Assembly (NCBI GenBank): GCA_965231825.1
Contig: OZ246889.1
Coordinates: 4,601,762 to 4,665,761, forward strand
DNA length: 64,000 nt
Direction: 5' to 3'
From: Acidobacteriota bacterium
GTDB taxonomy: Bacteria > Acidobacteriota > UBA6911 > RPQK01 > JAJDTT01
Shown here: one piece after another, positions 9,904-19,300 of the stretch
Layout: every line of letters begins with the position of its first letter
Numbering within the stretch: position 1 is the stretch's first letter
Translations under genes and position numbers: made by a program
The notes under the pieces: generated by a model
Seen by the model: the letters and a program-made list of their open reading frames with translations, nothing else
The model's database searches: none
What the model was told of the DNA's origin: nothing

Positions 9904-10190
9904 TCATGACCTCACCTCGCCCAGGATCTCGCCGAACAGCGCTTTGGTCACCCTCCCTATTTGCAGGATGTAACCGCGAATCTCCTCCAGCGTCCGCATC
10001 GGCTCAGGCTTGTATGCGCGGTTGGGATCGATGCCTTCGATGCGCAACGGCCTTTCCACCGTCACCCTCCAGTAGTCGAAGCCGGCATTGTCGAAGATCT
10101 TGCTGTGCTCATTCTCCTTGAACGCGAGGAATGTCTCGCAGATCCAAGCGATGTTCTCCTCGCCGAGTTCGCAGTTCTTCTTCCCCAGGT
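9904..10190 (-). pseudogene. hsdM: Type I RM M subunit C-terminal remnant
   Basis: Hand translation LGKKNCEL..SKIFDNAGFDYWRVTVERPLR..YKPEPMRTLEEI..LFGEILG; internally deleted. Confidence 0.7.
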
Positions 10191-10198
10191 GCTTCCCG

Positions 10199-11070
10199 TC
10201 AAGAAGCTGGCCACCGAGAACCAGTCTTCATCCGCTCGGCAGATGCATTTGTTGCCAGTTCCCACGACTTCTTCGTGTATGTGACGTAGCTCACGGGGGT
10301 CCTGCAAGCCTTGCAGATCGCTCCCCGTTTCCTGACGTCGCGTTTGATGGCCCAGCCGCACGTGGTGCACCGCGCAATATAACGAGGCGGGGCAAATTCC
10401 ACTTTGTGGCAACGGTCGCCGGCGCATCCGATGGAACGCGCAACTGCCTTCCAGGCGGCATCATGATTATGCTTCGGGCTGACCAGGGCGTGAGCGATCT
10501 CGTGGAGAATCGTGTCCCTGACTTGCCGGTCGGTTGCGTGGAGGCAATAGAGGCGGGAGAGTCCATTGAGGCCGAAAACGCAGACTCCCGCCAGCTTGGA
10601 GACGTCCTCAAACTGAAAGCTCCATCCCGTGAGTCCGTGCCGGCTCATCAGACGCTCAGCCTCCGCCGCGACTTCGGACAATCGTCGGCCATCATCGCGA
10701 TCGGGGTCCGGTCCGGCTCGGGTTAGCAGACCATACGGAACGTAGTAGCTTCCGTGCTCCGTGGCGACCAGGGCGCGCATGGGCCCGAGACGCGCAACGG
10801 TGCCCTCGATCCTGCCCTGACCGTGCGGGATCAAGACTTCGTTCTCCGGGCGGAATTGAGCTTTCAGTTGGTCTCGCCTCAGAGTCACTCGCTTTCTACT
10901 TTCGGCTTCGTTTTCAGCGAGGAGGTCCCATGGCACCCGGTAATCGCCGCCGCCAGTTCCTACGATTTCGGCTCTCTGAGGAGTCTTGCGGGCGATGTGC
11001 CCGCTGATCCAGACACGGAGTACCTGAACTTCAGGGGATCATGAATGCAGAACTCCGCGGGGCGAGACAC
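10199..11070 (-). pseudogene. SprT-like zinc metalloprotease, copy 1 (frameshift near 5' end)
   Basis: TILHEIAHAL..HNHDAAWK, CxxC pairs; N-terminus frameshifted relative to copy 2. Confidence 0.75.
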
Positions 11071-11314
11071 TGTCGGAACTCACAAATCACTTGGCGGGCC
11101 CTGTCCGGAAACCGAATCCCCACAGTGGACGAAGGACCGGCGTCCCTCTGAGAGCCGGGACTATGAGCAGGATCAGCTTCGATCGTCTACGGCCCGTCGC
11201 TCCTATTGCTTCCCCCATTCCCGGTTGTTCCAGAGGGGGCGAGCTCATCATTCCTATGCGTCAGCGGGGTCGGATTTGCAGAACCGAACTCGCTGGCCCC
11301 GCCTTGTCGCCGAG
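10231..11314. repeat. ~1.1-kb direct repeat, copy 1 (copy 2 at 24232-25317)
   Basis: Collinear high similarity across the sprT-like gene and its upstream region. Confidence 0.9.
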
Positions 11315-11436
11315 GATAAGTAGACTATCCCCTACTCGGCTAAATCGTTATGGTCGAAGGAGGTGAGCCAGCCGGGCAAATAAGAATCCAGGTTGCTATA
11401 CGATTCCTATAGACGCGTTCCCAGATGCAAGTGCCA

Positions 11437-12564
11437 TCAGGTCTTTGCAAACTCCTCGTATTCCTTGATGATCTTGTCGCTCATGTACGACAAGTATTGC
11501 GTCTTGGCAAGGGTGTCAATTGAACTATAGGAGAGGAATGAGCACTGTTCGGACAACGGACCACGTTTGAGAAGCGAGAATACAGGTCGCCTTATCTCTC
11601 GCAGAACTTTTTTCCGCTTGTCATCTGGAGCCACGATATGCAAACGGATGTCCATGTTTGGCTGAAGAGCCAATAGGTCCGCCATTCGCAACAGTCCAGA
11701 ATATATCGCGGTTGTATGCTCGATTTCGAAGGCTCTGGCCATGGACCGGTCCTTGAGCCACAGAACATCTATCTGTTCAATGGTTTTTAAAGTGGTCTCA
11801 TTATAATTAAGAGGAAGTTTATCCAGAAACGCGTTCTGCATGCTGGTCGAAAGATGCTCCTGAACGCGCACTTTGTCGTTTCTTGGCACCCACACTTGAA
11901 ATCCCATCTCAACACCGATCTGCGCGACTTTGGACTGCATCCTAATCGATGTTGGAGTACTAGTTTCCGACGGGAATTTTATCGTTGGAGAAACGGGAAT
12001 AGAATCCTCTTTATCGTGATCTTTAACCTTTACTACCAGTTTTTCATCCAGAGTGCGTACCTTCGTCTTGAACGAAAGGTGACGCTTGTCCTTTTTGGTG
12101 AGCGGGTAATTTTTTGGATTTACGTTCTGCCCTTTCAACAACTGCATCAAGTGAGTTCCATCGCTCTCTTCGAACTTATTTAGGGAGCTTCTAAAAAAAC
12201 CTGTCCAATGCGTACTCCTTAGATCATACTGCCTCGTGATCGTCAGGGCGTTCCAAAGTTTATGGTCGTGGATGGGAATCGCCACTTCGGGATTCAAGAC
12301 GACGATTGGCTTGACCCTGAAGCGCACTATGAAGGGGTCCGGGTCAGCAAAGATAGGGGAATCATCGTGATACAGGTCCGACTCTACTTGCAGCAACCCA
12401 CACCATCGCGACAGACGAGTCAAATAACAGATAAAGATGTCTCCATGCTTTACTCGCTTTAATGCTAGGCGCCTTTGCCGCTCACGAAAACCGGTGACAG
12501 TTGCCCCGTTGCTTTGGAAACCACGCCATGTCTCAGGTGTAAACAGGTCCAACAAATAGTTCAT
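11437..12564 (-). CDS. EVE/PUA-like domain plus PD-(D/E)xK nuclease (putative modification-dependent restriction enzyme)
   Basis: N-terminus YLLDLFTPETW..GFR..VKHGDIFICYL; C-terminus IDVLW..AFEIEHTT.IYSGLLRMADL; low GC. Confidence 0.7.
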   Translation of the reverse strand: MNYLLDLFTPETWRGFQSNGATVTGFRERQRRLALKRVKHGDIFICYLTRLSRWCGLLQVESDLYHDDSPIFADPDPFIVRFRVKPIVVLNPEVAIPIHDHKLWNALTITRQYDLRSTHWTGFFRSSLNKFEESDGTHLMQLLKGQNVNPKNYPLTKKDKRHLSFKTKVRTLDEKLVVKVKDHDKEDSIPVSPTIKFPSETSTPTSIRMQSKVAQIGVEMGFQVWVPRNDKVRVQEHLSTSMQNAFLDKLPLNYNETTLKTIEQIDVLWLKDRSMARAFEIEHTTAIYSGLLRMADLLALQPNMDIRLHIVAPDDKRKKVLREIRRPVFSLLKRGPLSEQCSFLSYSSIDTLAKTQYLSYMSDKIIKEYEEFAKT

Positions 12565-12736
12565 TCGCTATCCTCTGCCCCTCAGCTAACGCAACCGATT
12601 TTGTTGAGTCACTCTTGCTTGGTAAGAAGCAACTTATCATTAGACCGAGATTACGTGCGTCGACAGAGCCGATATCTTTGTCTCTTGGCGCGACAAGAGA
12701 ATTTGCCTCTCTCTTTCTTTGTCGACGCACAGCAGG

Positions 12737-13669
12737 TCAAGACGATTCATGATTCCCGCTACGGGCCAAGATCCTCCTGAGCAACCAGGCTAGCACGCAC
12801 CCTGACAATAAGAAAAAAGGTAGCGTCATTTTTAGCACCGGTTCTAGAAACACCAACTCACTTGCCCCATCAAATAGTAGCCAACCCCACCAGTGAATCC
12901 ATCCACCGAGCACTAGACTCCATCCGATAAATCGAAAAATTGTTCCAGTTAACTTTCTCTTATCTACGGTATCAAATTGTGGTCCACCGTCTCTAGTGAT
13001 TGCCCAGACAATTAATGTTGTTGCAAGCAATAGGACGAGCTGGACAAATTTTGCCGTCGAGGTGAATGTCTGTGCCAAGTACGGCTCATTGAAAATTGTC
13101 CATGCGATCCAATGAAATATACCGAGCAATACCGACATTCCTACAATGATCTCAATGAACAACCGAAACAAACGTATCTGAAGTCGTCGAACTGAAATTA
13201 GTGGCCCTCGGGCTGCCAATCTTAGCTTTCCTAGTCCGATCTTCCCGATCAGGGGAATGTTCAAACCGAAGTTTATCTCTTTCTGTTCCATTTCTCTGTT
13301 TAATGTCGGTTCAATCGATTGTCGAATCATGTGTACAATTATTTTCGAGTTCTCGGGTGATAGTTTCTGCAACTGCTTGACGCCTCGTTCAAAGATTTCC
13401 TGAAATGTGGATCCCCTGTAATGATGAGCGAGCACACTCCAGTATGCCATCAACTGGTCCCTATCAATGTCGGATTGCAAGCCAACGGTCATTTTTCTTT
13501 TTGTAACAATGATCCGACTCATCTCTTGTCCCGCGACTGAGGCCGTTAGCTGACTCACAATTTCGCTACTGTCGTCTCGTGGAATGTATTGTTGGGCTTC
13601 TGTTAAATCCATCGGGATACCAGCGCCGCCAGTGTTGGAAGTGTCTTGGCCACCATTGATCTTTGACAC
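12737..13669 (-). CDS. Hypothetical membrane protein (about 4 C-terminal TM helices)
   Basis: Long low-GC ORF with hydrophobic C-terminal segments; start uncertain. Confidence 0.65.
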   Translation of the reverse strand: MSKINGGQDTSNTGGAGIPMDLTEAQQYIPRDDSSEIVSQLTASVAGQEMSRIIVTKRKMTVGLQSDIDRDQLMAYWSVLAHHYRGSTFQEIFERGVKQLQKLSPENSKIIVHMIRQSIEPTLNREMEQKEINFGLNIPLIGKIGLGKLRLAARGPLISVRRLQIRLFRLFIEIIVGMSVLLGIFHWIAWTIFNEPYLAQTFTSTAKFVQLVLLLATTLIVWAITRDGGPQFDTVDKRKLTGTIFRFIGWSLVLGGWIHWWGWLLFDGASELVFLEPVLKMTLPFFLLSGCVLAWLLRRILARSGNHESS

Positions 13670-13794
13670 GGCTCGTCCCTCGGTTTGACCTTGTCGGGTG
13701 CAATTGTAATTCGCAACACAATCTGATCCTGAACATAGAAAAAATGAGGTCTCAGGATTTGTAGATTGACCTAACAACCCACGTCCACCCTTAG

Positions 13795-15252
13795 CAGACT
13801 GTGGAAAAAGTCCTGATTCCTCGGACTATCGTTCTTTCCGTAATCTGATCTGGAGATGGTTTATTGATGCGTCCGGGCAGCCAAAAATCTCAAATCGAGC
13901 CGGATCGACGCCCAGAAGTGCTCCCAGAGCTGATTCCAGCCGATCAAACGGCCCTTTTTCGCTCTAAAAGGCGCAAAATGATGCGCCAGGACTCGGCCCT
14001 GCAGACTCCGGGGCGTCCCGACCCCCGTCAGGTGGCACATCAGCAATCCCAGGTTGAAACCACACACGTGGATCAGCAATCGCTTCCGGACATTGGCGTG
14101 ACCCCGGACGAAGATGCGGCGCAACCCGCCCGTGGTGAACTGATGCGCGAACGGCCGCTCCACCAACCCGCTCCGCTGCCGCTGCAGCCGTCGTCCCCGG
14201 CGGCCTCGGATCCGTCTCCGATTCGTGTACACCGGCGCTTGGTACTTCCGGTTCTTCCCCTTCCAGTTGCGCCGGCCCCGATCCGTCTCCGACAGATACC
14301 CCCGCAATCCCAGTTCCTTCAACTCTAACACCGTCTCGTTGCTGTGGTATCCCTTGTCCGCCACCACTTCCCGGACCTGTGCTCCCGACCCGACCGCCTC
14401 CACTTCCTCCCGCGCCATCCGGAGGGTGTCCCCCAACTCCTCCGGCGCCGTCACCGCCACCACCGTTCCCATCTCCAGGTCCACCGCCTCTTCCACCTTG
14501 TGCCCCAGACGGGTCCGTCCGTCCTTGAGCTTCGTGATCTTCGCGTCCGGGTCGTGCGGGTTCACCCATTCCCGGTTGCTCGTCTTCTTCTTGCGCTTCC
14601 GAACGAACCGAACCAGCTCCTCCCGGGTCGGTGTCGGGACTCCCGAGGCCTCCGCCAGTCCCTTCACGATGCTCTCATAGTCTTGCTCCGTGTCCCGGCG
14701 AACCAGACTGCGCATCGCCGCGTTCGCCTCCAACGTCGTCGCGTCGGCCCCGATCGTTTTCCCCCGCACCAGTCCCGCTTGTGCCAACTGTTTCAGCACC
14801 CAGATGAACACCTCCCCGTGCGTCTCCACGTCGATCCGTCGCCGGGTGCGCGACAAGGTCGAGTGATTCGGGGACGTCTCTTCCGGATCCAACTCCAGAA
14901 AAGCGCAGGCTCATCGAATCCGCCACTCGCCAAGCGATGGCCAGCTCCGAGTTCAGCCCTTCGAAGTACCCCACCAACAGCATCCGGAAGCACCGTCGCG
15001 GGCGCAGACTCGGTCGCCCGATCCCGTCGGCGTAAAACCGTGGGCACAGCGCTTCCACGACGACGTCGAAACCGGCTTTGTCCAGCACTTGGTTCAACCG
15101 CTCGTAGAAGGGATGCCCCGGACTCCGGGGCATTTTCTGGGTCGCCACCCACATCCCTCGTTGCCGTCTCGAAGACGGTTTCTCTCCCATGGCCATAGTG
15201 TCATTTTAGGTCAGAGGTCTGGCGTTGTTTCCCGGACTTTTGCCACGGGCTG
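13795..15252 (-). mobile_element. IS1182-like element with frameshifted DDE transposase
   Basis: Split ORFs 14675-15196 and 13861-14892 (GRPSL, DATTLEANA, VADKGY); imperfect 19-bp IRs CAGACTGTGGAAAAAGTCC / GGACTTTTGCCACGGGCTG. Confidence 0.8.
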
Positions 15253-15446
15253 ATAGGGCCCCCCACACCGATGAAAAACTCGCAATAGCTTGAGCTAAAT
15301 CCAAGCTCTCACGGCTGACGAAGCGCTCATTCACAACATCGATGACCGAACGCGCCGGCGTCTGAGCACAAGCACACCCCCTTTTTCGGTCGCGTCTCGA
15401 CCACCGCGCGCCGACGACACCGTCCGCCGTCACGGTTATGGCGCTG

Positions 15447-16382
15447 CTACTGTCGGAAGTCCACGATCTGAATCGCGATCGGCGACGTTAATGTTCCCCA
15501 AGACACGACTTCGTTGTGAGCGAGTTGGTTGCGTACGCGACGGAGCCAGTTCAGGCGCTGCCGTTCAACTCCAAGCGGGCTGCTCAACCGCGCTTGGACT
15601 GCCATATCTCCGATTTCCAGATCTTTCACACTCCGGATTCGGGTCCCGTCTTTACGAGTATGGGGCAGCCGCCAGAGAGCTCGATGAGCATTGAGAAGGC
15701 GCTGCCGTTCACGTTCCACGAGTGGAAACAGCACGGTGACCTGCGCTGCCCAGATACACTCACGGGGATGGTTTCTTGCTTCCAGTATTCGTCCCAGTGG
15801 GTCCCGCGACAACCTCTCGGCGAAAGCCAAATCAGTGCCGGCGAGCTCGGCGACAAGCGCGCTCCTGAGCACGATGTGTGCCGGTCGGTGGCCAGAGCGC
15901 CTACCGAGCCGTTCCACGAGGGCCCGAGCGTCCAGCGAGGTTACGAAATCTCGCCATAGGCGTCGGCGTAAACGTTTGTCCTCCCCACATGCTTCCGCGC
16001 ACGCCGCATCCATTGCAATGCACAGTCGCGGCATGTTTGGCAACTCGGCGAAGCGCCGAGCGTGGTCCGCCCACGCGGTTGCTGCTACATTCCCACCGGT
16101 TGCGTCGATCCACAGAACTGAGCCCGCGGCATTGCCGCCATCGAACCTCCGGGCCATGGAGTCGGATGGCACCAGTGTGTGCGCCTCGGTAGAACGTACA
16201 GCTTCCCACCGACCGAGCCTGCGATGCTTGACCAGATCCGCAATCTCCACGGCGAGTGTGGCGCTCTGAATTTCGTCGGGTAGACCAGCGAGAACGGACG
16301 TTCGGTCAGCCAGATCTTCAAGAACGGTTTCCAAAAAATCCACAGGTCCCGGCAGTCGAGCCCATGCACGCGGGAGACTCAC
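15447..16382 (-). CDS. Hypothetical protein with C-terminal HEPN-type motif (RNQLAH)
   Basis: GTG start 2 nt after the stop of the large ATPase gene; LRRVRNQLAHNE near the C-terminus. Confidence 0.7.
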   Translation of the reverse strand: MSLPRAWARLPGPVDFLETVLEDLADRTSVLAGLPDEIQSATLAVEIADLVKHRRLGRWEAVRSTEAHTLVPSDSMARRFDGGNAAGSVLWIDATGGNVAATAWADHARRFAELPNMPRLCIAMDAACAEACGEDKRLRRRLWRDFVTSLDARALVERLGRRSGHRPAHIVLRSALVAELAGTDLAFAERLSRDPLGRILEARNHPRECIWAAQVTVLFPLVERERQRLLNAHRALWRLPHTRKDGTRIRSVKDLEIGDMAVQARLSSPLGVERQRLNWLRRVRNQLAHNEVVSWGTLTSPIAIQIVDFRQ

Positions 16383-16384
16383 TC

Positions 16385-19300
16385 TCAAAGAACCCGTCTG
16401 AGGCCCTTCGCGTAAGTGGAATCGAGCCGATAGCCATTCACATCCCTGCACACGACGCCGAGATGGCTGGCCCAATTGAAGAAATCGATAACGTCTTCTG
16501 GGGACATGGTTGTGTCCTCGTCCTCAGACAGGCCCGAAAGAAGATCGACGGTCATCGACTCGTCCGGGAAAGTGGACAGGAGGTGAAGCGCCGTATCCGT
16601 GTTTTCGGATATACGAATAATGTCGGAAACATGACGACTGTGCTCGTCATTCAGCATGACTCTTATGGCCTCGTCGATCGACTCCAACTTCCTGTCCCGG
16701 GCAGCCGTTCCGACAACCAGGGGCCAAGGAAGATCCACCCGTTGATCGAGTTTTTCTAGGTCAGCATACGCTCGGGACTCCTGATCCTTTAGATAGGTGC
16801 GTGTGAAATCCAGTGCGCACGGACCAAGCCAGACATCTCGAAGTTCGACCCGCTCGTCGCTCGGCACGGTCTCATTCAACCACTTCCACGCATCCTCCGG
16901 ACCGCACAGAAATACAGGCCGAATGATTCGATCTTGCATTCGATTTTGCCGTTGATGTTTGCCGACGAATGCGAGCACGCGGGCCAACAACTCCAAGTCC
17001 CATGCGCCGCGCATGTCCACAAGAACGACATGGGTGCCGGGCTTCCGACTCCGTAAGACCCGCCGAAGCGCGCCACGTAGCGCACCAGTCGGCGCGAGCT
17101 CTTCGATGAACAATGACTCATCCCATTTGTCGGCCGCCTGCCTAAGAGAGTCGCCTACACGATGGAGTCCGGCTAGGTGCGTTCCGAAAACGAGGCCGAC
17201 AGCGTAGCGGCCGGAGAGCAACCGACTCTGCTGGTGGGTCGTAAGAGAGGACGGCGTGCCATCGCTCAACCTGCTCCGAAACTGGGCAGGGTCGAAGATC
17301 GGAGGTGCTGGCTTGTTCTTAGCGTCAGTGAATCTGCGCTCGATCTCTTCATCATTGCCAAGCAACATGCGGAGATTGCGCGTTCGGATAGCGTACTCCT
17401 TGTCCGCCGCTTCCCGCAGGATTCCAAGGCCAACCATCTCTTCCAATAGGACCTCGAACGTCCAGAAGCTGGAATCGGAGGCGAATCCCTTAGGCCACTC
17501 TCTCAGCGCCGCGTCCCGTATAGCCGCGATTGGCATGGCCTGCGGACGCGCATCTTCATTATCGAAACTCTCTTTCGCGATGAGATAAGTCAGGAACTCA
17601 TAACGGAGATCGAGTTGAATCGTCCATGAAAACAGGTTGCGTATGCGGTCTCGTGTTTCCCTGGCGTTGAAGACGCGATCAACCAAGTCTGGGTGGATTG
17701 GGTAGGGTGGTCCCGCGTCATTTAGCGCATAGGACTCCTCGCGTAGCGTCTTCAGCAGTTCTTTGCAGAACTGTTGCGCGAGTGCCGGATAGTAGTTTGT
17801 TTCCGCGGCGATTCGAATGACCGAGTCGTTCGAAACAAAACGATAGCCGAGCGCCTCAAGAGGGCCACTTATGAGATTCTGGATTTCGTCACCATCGTCT
17901 CCCGGCAGCATCGGGCCGATACGGACGGCTTCACCCATGTGAGCAAAAGGCGTGTTGGGGTCGCGGGCCGCGCGCTGGACGTTATGCAAACCAGCGAATA
18001 CGACCTTGAATCTCCGTTCGGTCTGTTCCATGAGTCGCTTGATCTGTTCCAGGACTCTATAACCCTGTTCCGGACTGCCCTCAGCGCGCAAAAAGGCGTC
18101 GGCCTCGTCTACCAACAGAAGGACACGACGGCCTTGGTCCATTTCGAGCCATCTTCTGACGCTCTTACCGATCGTCTCATGACGGCGCGTTCCACGTCCA
18201 ACGACCCCGTAGTCCGTGAGCTTCTCGGCGAATAACGGCCACAAATCCTCTGTTGGCAGATTCTCTCCAATACCCGTTCCCTTCAGGTTGATGAGCAATA
18301 CCAGCTCTTCCGATGCGTCCGGTTTTCTTGTCCTGTATTCACGCGCGACATCAGCTAGGAGAGTCGTCTTGCCGAGACGCCTACCACCGTATACGAAATG
18401 GGCCATGTCGTGGGACATGGCGAGAATCTTCTGCCGCGCGGCCGACCGGCCAAAGAACATTTCGGGAGAGAGTTCCGCTGCATCCGGCTCGAATGGCTGC
18501 GAGAAGGAGAAGGCTGACACACAATCATAAAATGCAGCGAGCCGGTCGCCAGACCAAGCGGCCAAAAAAACGACGAGCGATTCATCGAGCACAATGGTCG
18601 GGTCGTATTCGTTGGTCTGGAAATCACGCGCGAGTGAACGACGCGAATCGGCGTCGAGAATTCCCAAGAATAGCGCGATATTCGGGGAACTCCCGGCTCC
18701 GTTCCGCTTGCCCACTTCACGAATAATCGCTTCTCCAGTTGTGCGTCCGCGGACGGCGAACAGCCGATATGTGCCGCTGGCGCGCGAGCCGAAATCGGGT
18801 AGCTGGGCGATGCTGCGATCTGCGACCGGCACGGCCTGAAGTGTAAACACTCCCTCTCCACCAAGTGTCTCGTCGGTGGGTCCGTGCACCCTGGCTTGTG
18901 CGAAGCCAAGCGCACTCATGAGCGCGCGCAAGCTACTGATCGAGGTCGGGCCGTCGCGCAATGCAGTCCAGGCGTCGAGGAGATCGATCCCATCTTGGGC
19001 TGCGTCCTCCGAGAGCCCGCTGGCATCGATGAATTCCTCCGAGTCCCGACTGAAGATCACACGCCGAGCACCAACGATTCCATCTCCCTCCTTATCATCA
19101 AGAGCGGTATATTTCTCGGTGAACTGCGGAAAGAACCGATCGAACGGGCGATCACTCGTAGTCTCCGGGGTCGGCAATTCCTCGCCGTGCTCGATCCGTA
19201 CGACAAAGTCCTCCGCGACTTGGAAACGACCAGAATTGATGGCCGACTCGATCCGTTCCTTCTCGTCCCGCGAAACGCCGTGAACCTGGTCGAGTGATCC

